Shown: in pieces, positions 53,013-62,209 of the stretch
How the letters are laid out: each line of letters opens with the position of its first letter
How positions within the stretch are numbered: position 1 is the first letter of the stretch
IMG/VR virus record: IMGVR_UViG_3300029288_000063
Coordinates: 189,103-253,102 of that record
DNA from: a virus
Taxonomy: Duplodnaviria; Caudoviricetes
Strand: one strand, 5' to 3'
Length of the DNA stretch: 64,000 bases
Position numbers and translations under genes: made by a program
Notes under the pieces: generated by a model
The model's database searches: none
Seen by the model: the letters and a program-made list of their open reading frames with translations, nothing else
What the model was told of the DNA's origin: nothing

Positions 53013-55178
53013 TTGAAGGATATGAAGATTGTTCGGAAAAAGATGTCCGAGCTTATCCCGTCTGAATATAATCCGCGTGCGATTAGCCCGACGGCGATGG
53101 AGGGGTTGAAAGAATCCCTCAAACGTTTTGGTTTGGTTGAGCCTATTGTCTGGAACAAACGCACCGGGAGAATTGTCGGTGGACATCAGCGTCACAAGGT
53201 GATGTCTGAGCAGGGCGTCGAGGAGACCGATGTTGTTGAGGTCGACCTTGGTGAGACGGAAGAGGTCGCACTGAACATCGCGCTGAACAATCCGGCGATT
53301 CAGGGTGACTGGGATGAGTCGGCCGCAGAACTTTTGCAGGAAGTTGGCGAGGGTTTGCCGGACTTGTTCCGTGCCGTGCGTCTCGATGACCTTCTGGACG
53401 CCTTGGGTGGTTCGGATGACGGTTCTGGTGATGGCTCCGGTGATGGTACGGGTGAAGGGACAAAGGAAGAGGACGGAAAAAACGACGACCAAGACCACAA
53501 TAGTTCGTTGTTTGACCAGTTCGTTGTGCCGCCGTTCACCGTGCTTGACCAGCGAAAGTCATATTGGAGAAATCATCGTTCCGCATGGCTTAAGCACGGC
53601 GTGCGTGGTGAGTTTGACCCTGTTCTTGCTTCGCTGATTTACAAGTGGTTTTGTCCGGTTGACGGGGTTGTGTTGGACTTGGACGGCGACGAAACATCGA
53701 AGGGACTTGTGGCCGGTTTGGCGGGGTGCCGGTATGTCGGGGTCGCAACGTCGGAGAAGCAGGCGAAGGAAAACAAGAAGAAGTGGGAGGGTGTTCGTGA
53801 TAAGGAATACCTGAAAGACTTCAATCCCGAGCTTACCCCTATTGAGCGTGTCGGTGCGTTTTTCCTGAAGCGTGATGACCTGTTCTGTGTTGGCGGCGTG
53901 CGTGGTGGTAAGGTTCGCACTTGCTGGTCGTTGTCACAGGGTGCCAAGGGTTTGATTACGGCGGGAAGTCGTATGTCGCCGCAGGTGAACATCGTTTCGC
54001 ATATCGCCGGTCGTCTTGGGCTGCCTTGCCGCGTGCATACGCCCGAGGGCGAACTGTCGCCTGAAGTGTTGTCGGCAAAGAATACCGGTGCCGAGGTTGT
54101 CCAGCACAATGCCGGTTATAACTCCGTGATTATTTCCCGTGCCCAAGATGATGCGAAGGAGCGCGGTTGGACTGAGATTCCGTTTGGGATGGAGTGTCAG
54201 GCGGCAGTAGATGCGACGAGGAAGCAGGTTGCCAACATACCGAAGGACGTAAAACGAATCCTCATGGTTGTCGGTTCTGGTATGTCGCTGTCTGGCGTCC
54301 TGCATGGGTTGAACGATTTCGGGTTGAAGATTCCCGTTGTTGGTATCTCTGTCGGTGCCGACCCCGAGGAGCGGTTGAATACCTATGCGCCGAAGAATTG
54401 GCGCGAGATGGTTACCATTATCAAGTGCCCGATTGACTATCACGACGACGCCGATGGGAACATTATTGGTGATGTTATTGTTGACCCGATTTATGAGGGG
54501 AAATGTCTGCCGTATCTGGAAGCGGGCGACCTTTTCTGGATTGTCGGTGTTCGTGAGACAGCGGTGAAGCCGTCCGGGCAGGTTCCGGTCGTTATCGGGT
54601 CTTCCGCTGCGAAACAGGATGGTGACGATGAGGAACAGGAAGAGCCGGTAAAGCCTAAGTCGAAGTCCAAGAAGGGCAAGAAATCGGATAATGCGTTGGA
54701 ACCGGAGTGGCATTCCAAGGTTCCGGAGGACGGGGCTGACCTGTCACTGATTTCGGTTCCGGATAGTGTTCCGGATGAGGAGTGGGACACTTTTTACACA
54801 CAGCTTTGCAAGAAGATTGAGTTGGCATCGAGCAAACTGAACGACGGTCGTTTTTCGTGCGTTCTTTTCGATGATATAGCGGACAAGGATGGTTTTTCTC
54901 GTGGTTTGTTCCACAAGATTGTCCGCGAGTTTGAGAAGCACGACATGAAGCTCTACAACGAGGCGTTGTTGGTTGTGGATGAGCCGTGGTTTGCGTCGCG
55001 GTGTGCCGATTTCCAGAAGACGAGGAAGAATCACCGTATGCACCGGACGTTCCTGTCTTTCTTCAAGGGTGAGCTGAAAGCCGTGAAGTCTGATTTTGAG
55101 ATGGTTGACCTGTCGGGTCTTGAGAACACGTTGGTGTCCGACCCCGGAGAGACCTCGGAATGTGTTGAGCTTGAATAA
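53013..55178 (+). CDS. ParB-N + degenerate methyltransferase with inserted PLP-dependent (fold II, ACC deaminase/D-cysteine desulfhydrase-like) domain (paralog B)
   Basis: ParB-N; FDPVLA..VLDLDG (degenerate motif I). Insert at about 53829-54550: LTPIE..FLKRDDL..GGKVR, VGSGMSLSG, DPIYEGK. MTase C-terminus resumes with LYNEALL..HRMHRTFLSF. Confidence 0.85.
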   Translation: MKDMKIVRKKMSELIPSEYNPRAISPTAMEGLKESLKRFGLVEPIVWNKRTGRIVGGHQRHKVMSEQGVEETDVVEVDLGETEEVALNIALNNPAIQGDWDESAAELLQEVGEGLPDLFRAVRLDDLLDALGGSDDGSGDGSGDGTGEGTKEEDGKNDDQDHNSSLFDQFVVPPFTVLDQRKSYWRNHRSAWLKHGVRGEFDPVLASLIYKWFCPVDGVVLDLDGDETSKGLVAGLAGCRYVGVATSEKQAKENKKKWEGVRDKEYLKDFNPELTPIERVGAFFLKRDDLFCVGGVRGGKVRTCWSLSQGAKGLITAGSRMSPQVNIVSHIAGRLGLPCRVHTPEGELSPEVLSAKNTGAEVVQHNAGYNSVIISRAQDDAKERGWTEIPFGMECQAAVDATRKQVANIPKDVKRILMVVGSGMSLSGVLHGLNDFGLKIPVVGISVGADPEERLNTYAPKNWREMVTIIKCPIDYHDDADGNIIGDVIVDPIYEGKCLPYLEAGDLFWIVGVRETAVKPSGQVPVVIGSSAAKQDGDDEEQEEPVKPKSKSKKGKKSDNALEPEWHSKVPEDGADLSLISVPDSVPDEEWDTFYTQLCKKIELASSKLNDGRFSCVLFDDIADKDGFSRGLFHKIVREFEKHDMKLYNEALLVVDEPWFASRCADFQKTRKNHRMHRTFLSFFKGELKAVKSDFEMVDLSGLENTLVSDPGETSECVELE

Positions 55179-55200
55179 TTGAACCCGAAAGGATATCCCT

Positions 55201-56553
55201 ATGTCGTTTGTGAAAGTTGTTCGGGTTGCGATTGAAAAGCTCAATCCTGCCCCCTATAATCCACGGAAAATCTCTGACCGTGCCCTGTCGGGCTTGCAGT
55301 CGTCTATTTCCCGTTTCGGGATGGTCGAGCCTATTGTTTGGAACAAACTGACGGGCAATGTGGTTGGTGGACACCAGCGTTTGAAGGTGTTGCAGGCGGC
55401 GGGGAAGAAGGAGGTTGATGTTGTCGAGGTAGAACTTGATGACAAAATGGAGAAAGCCCTCAATCTTGCCCTGAACAACCCGAAGTTGGAGGGTGACTGG
55501 ACTGAGGATGTCATTGACCTAATGGAACACGTACGGATGGCTGAGGACGGGTTGGCGGATATGCTGCGGTTTGACGAACTCCAACAGATTGTCGAGAAGT
55601 CGTTGTTGCGTGGGCAGTCGGAAAGAAGTGCCCTTGAGGAGAACAGCAAGCACCTTGGCGTAACCCTGTTTGATTGTCGTCAGGGTGAGTGGCAGCGTCG
55701 TAAGGATGCGTGGATTTCCTGTGGGTTGGATAGTGGTTTGGGGCGCGGTGATAATCTTCTCGGAATGTCCAATCTGGCCAAAATCACGGGTATGAAAGGT
55801 CAGAAGGTTGGAACGTCAATCTTCGACCCCGTGTTGTGTGAGCTTTTGTATCGTTGGTATTGTCCTGAGGGCGGGATGATTCTTGACCCGTTCAGTGGCG
55901 GCTCTGTTCGTGGTATTGTCGCCTGTATTTTGGGGCGGCATTATGTTGGAGTAGACATCCGTCCGGAACAGATTGAGGCAAACATAGCACAAGCGAATCT
56001 CTTGGAATGCGACCCGATGCCTAAATGGATTGTCGGTGACAGCTCGAATATCGACGAGTTGGCGAAGGATGTCGAGGCGGACTTCTTTTTCTCATGCCCG
56101 CCGTACTTCGACTTGGAGGTTTACAGTGACCGTGAAGAAGACCTGTCCACGATGAAGTGGGAGGCGTTTTGCGATATCTATCGCAAGATTATTCACAAGG
56201 GTCTAGAGTTGCTCAAGCCGAATCGTTTCGCCTGTTATGTTATCGGCGATATCCGTGATGATGATGGTTTCTATCGCAAGTTTGTGAATGAGACCATTGA
56301 GTCGTTCGAGTCCGGCGGGGCGCGGTTCTATAATGAGGCTGTGTTGGTTACTGCCGGTGGAACGTTGCCGATGCGTATCCGTCGCCAGTTTGGTTCATAT
56401 CGCAAACTCGGGAAGTCCCATCAGAATGTTTTGGTGTTCTATAAGGGAGACCCGAAGAAGATTCCCGAGGTGTTTGAGAATACCCCGGCGGATGCTCCGG
56501 TTATGATGCCGGGTCTTGCGAGTCAGTATTTCAAGCCTCATGTTGGGTCTTGA
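55201..56553 (+). CDS. ParB-N domain + amino-DNA methyltransferase fusion (paralog C)
   Basis: YNPR, VGGHQR, TSIFDPVLCE, DPFSGGSVRG, FSCPPY, KLGKSHQNVLVFYKG. Confidence 0.9.
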   Translation: MSFVKVVRVAIEKLNPAPYNPRKISDRALSGLQSSISRFGMVEPIVWNKLTGNVVGGHQRLKVLQAAGKKEVDVVEVELDDKMEKALNLALNNPKLEGDWTEDVIDLMEHVRMAEDGLADMLRFDELQQIVEKSLLRGQSERSALEENSKHLGVTLFDCRQGEWQRRKDAWISCGLDSGLGRGDNLLGMSNLAKITGMKGQKVGTSIFDPVLCELLYRWYCPEGGMILDPFSGGSVRGIVACILGRHYVGVDIRPEQIEANIAQANLLECDPMPKWIVGDSSNIDELAKDVEADFFFSCPPYFDLEVYSDREEDLSTMKWEAFCDIYRKIIHKGLELLKPNRFACYVIGDIRDDDGFYRKFVNETIESFESGGARFYNEAVLVTAGGTLPMRIRRQFGSYRKLGKSHQNVLVFYKGDPKKIPEVFENTPADAPVMMPGLASQYFKPHVGS

Positions 56554-56800
56554 GTGCCTCGGCGTATGGCTTGGCGTAGCGTTCCTTGAGGGCGGCGATT
56601 CCCGCCTCGCGTGCCGTTGCGGGGTCGTATCCCATCTCGATATAGATTTCGGGGCGGATGGCGATTTCGTGGGCGAGTTTGATGGCGCTTTTGTGCTCCC
56701 CGAGTCGGGGGAACTTTGCCGCGAAGCGGATGGCTTCGTCCCATCGTTCGCTTGTCATGAGTTGTAGTAGTTTGGCGAGCTTAGTATCGGTTGCTGGCAT
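56531..56800 (-). CDS. small helical protein convergent on the ParB-MTase cluster
   Basis: AAGGAGG RBS before ATG 56800; TKLAKL..WDEAIRFAAKFPRLGEHK..YIEMGYDP..GIAALKERY. Confidence 0.75.
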   Translation of the reverse strand: MPATDTKLAKLLQLMTSERWDEAIRFAAKFPRLGEHKSAIKLAHEIAIRPEIYIEMGYDPATAREAGIAALKERYAKPYAEALKTQHEA

Positions 56801-56876
56801 TGTGTGGCTCCTCCTTTTCATATTCTCGGTTGACACCTAAAAAACTCAGGGATTTTCTTCGGAAAGAGGTGGTAAA

Positions 56877-57074
56877 ATGTTTGAGAGGACTTTTTTGGAC
56901 GAAATCCGTGAGGGCACTGTTGTTTATCCGCCCGCGCCGGACCAAGGTTTGATTAAAAAGCATTTTCTTGGGCCGGATGTTTGCCCGAAAATGAATGGGG
57001 ATTTTGTGGTTTGCACGGATGATGCGGAAAAGGTTCTTGACGCCGTTTGGAATGAACTGGAGTACAAGCGATGA
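56877..57074 (+). CDS. hypothetical protein
   Basis: GAGG RBS; overlaps the next start. Confidence 0.6.
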   Translation: MFERTFLDEIREGTVVYPPAPDQGLIKKHFLGPDVCPKMNGDFVVCTDDAEKVLDAVWNELEYKR

Positions 57075-57478
57075 TGTTCGGAGAGGTTTTGAAAGAGTTC
57101 AAACTGAAAGAGGGTCCGGAGGTATTGGTTCCTCTTATCGAAGACGTCGTCTTGCGGAAGGCACTTGTTGCGTGGCCGTCTGTGAAAATCGAATTCATTG
57201 TACCTGTTGGTGACTGTGAACCAGAAGCAGACGAGGTTACGAAGTGGGAATGGATGTGGTCGAGGGTGAAGTTCAACGAGGGTATGTTTGGAGTTGTTGC
57301 CGGTTTGCGTGGTCAGGATGTTTCGTCTGTAATTGTGCGGTTGCGTGGTTTGCGTTTGATTTATCCAGATGGCACAATCAACAAGCTTGCGCAGCAATAT
57401 CTTCGTTCGATTGTGGCATCGCAACTTTCGAAGGCGAAACCTAAAGGTAAAGCAGAAGACCCCGGACAGAAGAAATGA
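57071..57478 (+). CDS. hypothetical protein
   Basis: Tightly coupled ORF. Confidence 0.65.
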   Translation: MMFGEVLKEFKLKEGPEVLVPLIEDVVLRKALVAWPSVKIEFIVPVGDCEPEADEVTKWEWMWSRVKFNEGMFGVVAGLRGQDVSSVIVRLRGLRLIYPDGTINKLAQQYLRSIVASQLSKAKPKGKAEDPGQKK

Positions 57479-57678
57479 GCGAGAGCAAGGGTTCTGGCTT
57501 CTCTGATTGTGTTCCGTTTCAAAAGGTTGTCCTGCACAATAGTATGTGTAGGGGTTGTGCGTCGCACCGTCCGGTCTGCAACCGGGTGTTGTTCGGCGGG
57601 CAGCCGCCAACCGATTGTCCGTATGTGCTTGAGCACATAGTTGGAGACCAAGACTTCAAGGACGAAGAGGCGGGTTGA
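57475..57678 (+). CDS. small Cys-rich paralog family member
   Basis: MCRGC...C...PPTDCPYVLEHIV. Confidence 0.65.
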   Translation: MSESKGSGFSDCVPFQKVVLHNSMCRGCASHRPVCNRVLFGGQPPTDCPYVLEHIVGDQDFKDEEAG

Positions 57679-57696
57679 CAATAGTCAACCCATTTT
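57672..57696 (+). terminator. putative terminator
   Basis: GGGTTGAC-aata-GTCAACCC followed by ATTTT. Confidence 0.55.
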
Positions 57697-57709
57697 GTTG
57701 GGTGAAATC

Positions 57710-58090
57710 ATGTCGTTTAACCTTCGAGAAAAAATTGGCAAGTACCTCGCCTATGACCGCGAAAAGTGTGCTCTTTGGGGACTCGTTGTTGATGTTGTGC
57801 GGATAAAAAATGCCAAAGGTGAAATTAAAGATGCTTTGGTTATCGAGAATATGGCCCAAAGGACCGATGATTTTACGAGAACGTTTTCGGGTCGTCGTGT
57901 TGTGCATGCGGATGATATTACGGAGTTTGATTTTGTTGCCGGGAAAGATTTGCAGAAGGCGATTGAAGAGGATGAAGACACTTTCTTGCGTATGCTTGGT
58001 GCCGGTAAGAACGGAGCCATGTCGTCGTTTGACCTGATAAATATTGCCGTTGGGTTGAACACGGAACAGAGGAATAAGTTGAAAGCCTAA
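57710..58090 (+). CDS. hypothetical protein
   Basis: GGTG RBS; ATG 57710. Confidence 0.6.
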   Translation: MSFNLREKIGKYLAYDREKCALWGLVVDVVRIKNAKGEIKDALVIENMAQRTDDFTRTFSGRRVVHADDITEFDFVAGKDLQKAIEEDEDTFLRMLGAGKNGAMSSFDLINIAVGLNTEQRNKLKA

Positions 58091-58094
58091 AGAG

Positions 58095-58382
58095 ATGAAT
58101 AAGTCGATTTGTGTTGCGTGCCGTCGGTTTGCCGAACGCTCAGATTCAGATTCGGAAGACTGTTGGTTGTGCGCGAAGCAGGTTGTGTATCGTGGGAGTA
58201 ACGTGATTCCGAATCATAGTTACCTTGACCGGGATTATTTCTATCCAATATCGGCAAGCAGGTTGACACCACCGTCGTGGTGTGAATATGCCACAGAACA
58301 GGTTGTCATGGACAAAAATGATGATGTTTGCCTTCCAAGGTTTCCCGTTGGAGAGTTGGTACGCAATAAGGCGAAGACATGA
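58095..58382 (+). CDS. small Cys-rich paralog family member
   Basis: SICVAC...WLC...PPSWCEYATEQVV. Confidence 0.7.
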   Translation: MNKSICVACRRFAERSDSDSEDCWLCAKQVVYRGSNVIPNHSYLDRDYFYPISASRLTPPSWCEYATEQVVMDKNDDVCLPRFPVGELVRNKAKT

Positions 58383-58651
58383 TAAGTCCGAGCATATGTC
58401 GAGGTTGTCCGTTTTTGTGTGAGATAGAGCAAGGGAAACACGACCAGCAAGGTGAACTCGTGGAGTATCCTGTGGTTTGGTGTAGCCCCGTTGTAGAAGA
58501 TGTCATCGTTTTGGGAACAATGCACTTTCTGTCTGATAACCCACCGTCGTGGTGTCCGTATGTTGTTGAGCATGTTGTTGCTGTTGGGCATGTTGATACG
58601 TCTGAGGATGATTTTTGGGGACCAAAAAATGACAAACGAAGTGGAAGATGA
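58379..58651 (+). CDS. small Cys-rich paralog family member
   Basis: SICRGC...VWC...PPSWCPYVVEHVV. Confidence 0.7.
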   Translation: MISPSICRGCPFLCEIEQGKHDQQGELVEYPVVWCSPVVEDVIVLGTMHFLSDNPPSWCPYVVEHVVAVGHVDTSEDDFWGPKNDKRSGR

Positions 58652-58799
58652 AGACTTTTCTCCTGAAATGATTGCTATGTGGAAAGAGCAGGTTGCCGAG
58701 CGACGCAAAGAGCTGTTTGGCAACAAGCTCCGTCCAGTGAAGCCGGGGCTTCCATTGAAACGCGAGTATGACCGTTCTGTTTTTGAAGAAAAGAGGTAA
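58629..58799 (+). CDS. hypothetical protein
   Basis: Short charged ORF. Confidence 0.45.
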   Translation: MTNEVEDEDFSPEMIAMWKEQVAERRKELFGNKLRPVKPGLPLKREYDRSVFEEKR

Positions 58800-58947
58800 G
58801 GGGTGCGGTGTGAGGTCGATATCGGCTGAAGAAGCCCATATTGGACAATTCGATACCGAAAGGTGTAATGCGCTGATTGTGTTGGTCGAAAAGGAATTGT
58901 CTATCGAGAATCATGTTTGACTGTATAATGAACAAACGGGGTGTTTT

Positions 58948-59244
58948 ATGAAACGACTAAAGGCTGAAGAATTGGCTGAAAATGGTGTTGGTAAGTTTAT
59001 CGCCATATTTCAACACCATGACTCCGCCAGCAAGTCGTTTGCGAAGATAGTAAGGGTTGTACCAGACCTCCACCTTTTGTGTTTGGAAAAGGTTTGGGAA
59101 GAGAATGAAGGCGAGGAGTTTTTCGCTTACTATAAAGTCGGCACGTTTGTAGACGCATATGACGAAGACGAAGCTATTTTGTTGGCGTTTAGGAATTTTG
59201 ACGATACTGACCCTGAGAACCAACAGGATGAGATAGGATCATGA
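58948..59244 (+). CDS. hypothetical protein
   Basis: GGGG RBS-like element; plausible ORF. Confidence 0.6.
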   Translation: MKRLKAEELAENGVGKFIAIFQHHDSASKSFAKIVRVVPDLHLLCLEKVWEENEGEEFFAYYKVGTFVDAYDEDEAILLAFRNFDDTDPENQQDEIGS

Positions 59245-59262
59245 GATTTTCTTGGTGACGAA

Positions 59263-60366
59263 ATGGCGAAGAAAGAAGGTGTTGCGATGAAAGAAAACGA
59301 AGGAATGCGTGTGGTGGTGATGAATGATTCGGGGTATGATATGAGGTTGGCAAGTGAGGTTGGAAGGTTGGTTGCTGCTATTCGGTATCTCTCTCCGGAA
59401 ACGGTTGACAAGTTTATATCGGAATATCGTTTCCAGAAAGGCGTTGTTCTTCGTACGAGGAGTTTCTTTGTTCCTGAGATGGCACTTAAGAGGTGGAAGA
59501 TTGCAAGCTCTGAAGAGCCAATGGAAAGACTTGGAACGTTTGTTTGTGCGGTTATCGATAAGCTCCTCTACATTATGGATGATGAAGAGCAAACAGGTTT
59601 CGGTGTTGAGTTGCGCAAGTATCGGCGCGCTCTTTTGGCTTTGGCTTTGGTTCATTGCCACGATAGTGGGTTCGGAGGCTATTTGCGCAAGTATCGTCAG
59701 GAGCTTGGTATGACTCAAGCGAAGATGGGCAAGGATGTTGTCAAATGTTCGCAGAGGACACTCTCGACGATTGAGAACAACATGATTGTTGGTGCCAGTT
59801 GGGAGGGAGATCACAACCCATTCGTTGTCAACATCCGGGCATGGGCAACCGAAAAGGATTTAGGCAGTGATCTCGACAAGCGTTTGGATGATGAGATCAA
59901 AGCGGAAGACTCGCGGAATGAGCATGAGTTGTCGCGTGCCGCCACTGAGAATATGCACCGTAAGTTTCAGCGTAGTATTCTTACTGGTTCAGACGGTTTG
60001 AACCAAGAGAGGTTCGAAGGGAAAACGTTGCTTGAGGAAGTGTCTGGGACTTTTTCTGTTCTGATGGAGAGGTTCCCGGTGGAACGTCGTGTTGATCCGC
60101 ATGCCAATGATATCGAAGTGTTTCTACCGAACGGCGTGAAGGTTGTTGGTAGGGCGTCCTTTGTGGCGGAGTTTGTTCGCGAGACCTTTGTTGTCGGTGA
60201 TTTTGACATTGTGCGTTCGACGAGCACTGTCGAAGAGGCTCCGGTTGATGGTGAAAAAATCGCATCGTGTTTCGGTAATTATGTCGAAGGCAACAAGGAT
60301 TGTTCCCGCTGTTCTATTGAGGAAGCCTGCATGGGGAAATCGGGATACAGTTCCTCTATTGGGTAA
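59263..60366 (+). CDS. XRE-family HTH protein with C-terminal Cys cluster
   Basis: LRKYRQELGMTQAKMG...SQRTLSTIENN; CFGNY...DCSRCSIEEAC. Confidence 0.75.
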   Translation: MAKKEGVAMKENEGMRVVVMNDSGYDMRLASEVGRLVAAIRYLSPETVDKFISEYRFQKGVVLRTRSFFVPEMALKRWKIASSEEPMERLGTFVCAVIDKLLYIMDDEEQTGFGVELRKYRRALLALALVHCHDSGFGGYLRKYRQELGMTQAKMGKDVVKCSQRTLSTIENNMIVGASWEGDHNPFVVNIRAWATEKDLGSDLDKRLDDEIKAEDSRNEHELSRAATENMHRKFQRSILTGSDGLNQERFEGKTLLEEVSGTFSVLMERFPVERRVDPHANDIEVFLPNGVKVVGRASFVAEFVRETFVVGDFDIVRSTSTVEEAPVDGEKIASCFGNYVEGNKDCSRCSIEEACMGKSGYSSSIG

Positions 60367-60389
60367 AAACTCGGTTTGGGAAGGCAGGC

Positions 60390-61094
60390 ATGGAAAACTG
60401 GAATTTGGATGTTAGGGCGTTTCAACCGAACTCGTTGAACGAATGGGCAGGCAACATATCGGCTGTCATCTTTTTTGGCGGGTGCAATTGGTCGTGTCCA
60501 TATTGTCACAACTATGAGCTGTCGGGAGAGTCAGCCATTGACCCAAATGAGGTGTTGTCGAAAATCGCATCTATGAAATATTTGGATGGAGTCGTTTTGT
60601 CCGGTGGAGAAGCTACTCTTCAGCCGCATCTTGCCCGCTTTGCAAAAGCAATAAAGAGTCTCGGGTTGAAGGTGAAGCTGTTTTCGAATGGATCACGTCC
60701 GAGTGTGATTTTAGAGATGGTGTCGACCGGCGTGCTGGATTGTGTAAGTTTGGATTACAAGACGCTGCCGGAATTGCTTCCGTCGCTGTTGGGCGCGAAG
60801 CGAGAGGACATAGAGAATGTTGCGTGTTCGTTTCTGAATCTGAAAAACAGCGGGGTCGACAGGGAATACCGAACGACCCTGTGCCCCGCTGTCGTCACGC
60901 CGTCTATGCTTTTGGATATGGCAACTCGCTTGGACAATGACGGATTGTGGATTTTGCAGCAATACGGGAAAGAGCGTGTCCTCGATATCTCGAAGAGTGG
61001 GGAGCGTGTGTTTTCAGATAAAGAACTTGAAAGCATTCTTTCCGGCGTCCGTGGATTGCATAAGAATGTTGTTTTGAGAAAGGGCACATCGTGA
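60390..61094 (+). CDS. nrdG: anaerobic RNR activating radical SAM enzyme
   Basis: GCNWSCPYCHN (CxxxCxxC), GVVLSGGEATL, KLFSNGS, EYRTT. Confidence 0.88.
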   Translation: MENWNLDVRAFQPNSLNEWAGNISAVIFFGGCNWSCPYCHNYELSGESAIDPNEVLSKIASMKYLDGVVLSGGEATLQPHLARFAKAIKSLGLKVKLFSNGSRPSVILEMVSTGVLDCVSLDYKTLPELLPSLLGAKREDIENVACSFLNLKNSGVDREYRTTLCPAVVTPSMLLDMATRLDNDGLWILQQYGKERVLDISKSGERVFSDKELESILSGVRGLHKNVVLRKGTS

Positions 61095-61304
61095 AGATTC
61101 AATTTGCCGGTGCCGTTATGCCCGGTATGGTGTTTCAGTTTGGGGTTGATGGTGCCATGCCGCTGATGGCAGAATAACCGTTAGTTCTTTGTTGTTGATT
61201 ATCTGAAGCGTCTTGCCTGTAAATCGGGCAAGACGTTTTTGTTTGGTGCGTATAATCGTTCGCATTTAGGTTTATTTTATATTTGTGTCTCTTGTGGAGG
61301 TTGT

Positions 61305-61520
61305 ATGGATGCGAAGGTTGTGTGCCGTTCGTGTGCCTGTACGCACGGCTTGCCTTGGACAAGCCTTGATGATATATTGTGGAAAAAGGGGATTGTTTGT
61401 TGTCCGCTCTTTGGACAACGAAAAGTGTCTGAGGTAAAGGTGTCCGACTGCCCGTTTGCCGCTGAGAGGTTGATTTTGTCGGATAATACATGTGAGGTAA
61501 AAGAGAATGTCAAGAGATGA
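61305..61520 (+). CDS. small Cys-rich paralog family member
   Basis: GGAGG RBS; VVCRSC...WKKGIVCCP...DCPFAAERLI. Confidence 0.65.
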   Translation: MDAKVVCRSCACTHGLPWTSLDDILWKKGIVCCPLFGQRKVSEVKVSDCPFAAERLILSDNTCEVKENVKR

Positions 61521-61725
61521 TGCAATGTCTGATTTGTTTCGTGCTGTTTCGGATTGTAATGTCCAGTGTGATACCGTTCAGGAAATTTTCACGTTCGCGC
61601 TTGGTTTTTTTAGCGGGCGTGGGTTGTCGCTTGGTGAGGCAAAACGCTTTGCGATAGACGCCGCTGCAAACGGGTATTGGCCTCAGCTTGATTCGCTTGA
61701 AATTGCAGCGGATATCGCGAAATGA
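61507..61725 (+). CDS. hypothetical protein
   Basis: Coupled ORF. Confidence 0.55.
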   Translation: MSRDDAMSDLFRAVSDCNVQCDTVQEIFTFALGFFSGRGLSLGEAKRFAIDAAANGYWPQLDSLEIAADIAK

Positions 61726-61940
61726 AAGTCAGTTTGTCGAGAAATATCTGTTATGCGTGCTGTAAGGAGTTTGGCTCGGAATCTCAGGAACGATATTTCG
61801 ACATGCGTTGGAATTCCGGGTACGTGAATTGTCCGAATGGGCTTGTTGGCGGGCACAGCACTACCACTGTTAAAACCAAGAATGATATTCTTCCAAGTTT
61901 TTGTCCGTATTCGGTCGAGATTGTTGTTCAACAAGAATAG
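61722..61940 (+). CDS. small Cys-rich paralog family member
   Basis: NICYAC...WNSGYVNCP...LPSFCPYSVEIVV. Confidence 0.7.
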   Translation: MKVSLSRNICYACCKEFGSESQERYFDMRWNSGYVNCPNGLVGGHSTTTVKTKNDILPSFCPYSVEIVVQQE

Positions 61941-62209
61941 ATAGGAGAAAATCGTGTTTCGCCGCGTTATTAGTTTGTTCTGCAAACACCCCACGAAAAT
62001 CGAAGCCACATCCCAACAAAAGCCTTTTAACTCGGAATCGTTTGATTTGAGCGTTCCGCTATCTTGCAGGCTTAAACGCCTTCGTCCAATATCGAAAAAA
62101 CCAAAGAAAACCTCCGCTTAATCGTATAATTACGTAAGGTGTTATCTCAGAAAGCCTGTGCTCATGCGATGAGTATACAGGGTTTTCTGACATTATGATG
62201 GAGGTTCTT

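Noticed and set aside
51742-56553. Restriction-modification or plasmid partition system
   Set aside because: No restriction nuclease or ParA; ParB-N is fused to MTases as in phage modification loci
61941-62209. tRNA, ncRNA or origin in this intergenic gap
   Set aside because: No cloverleaf or conserved tRNA boxes recognised; only a TATAAT near 62125 without a clear -35
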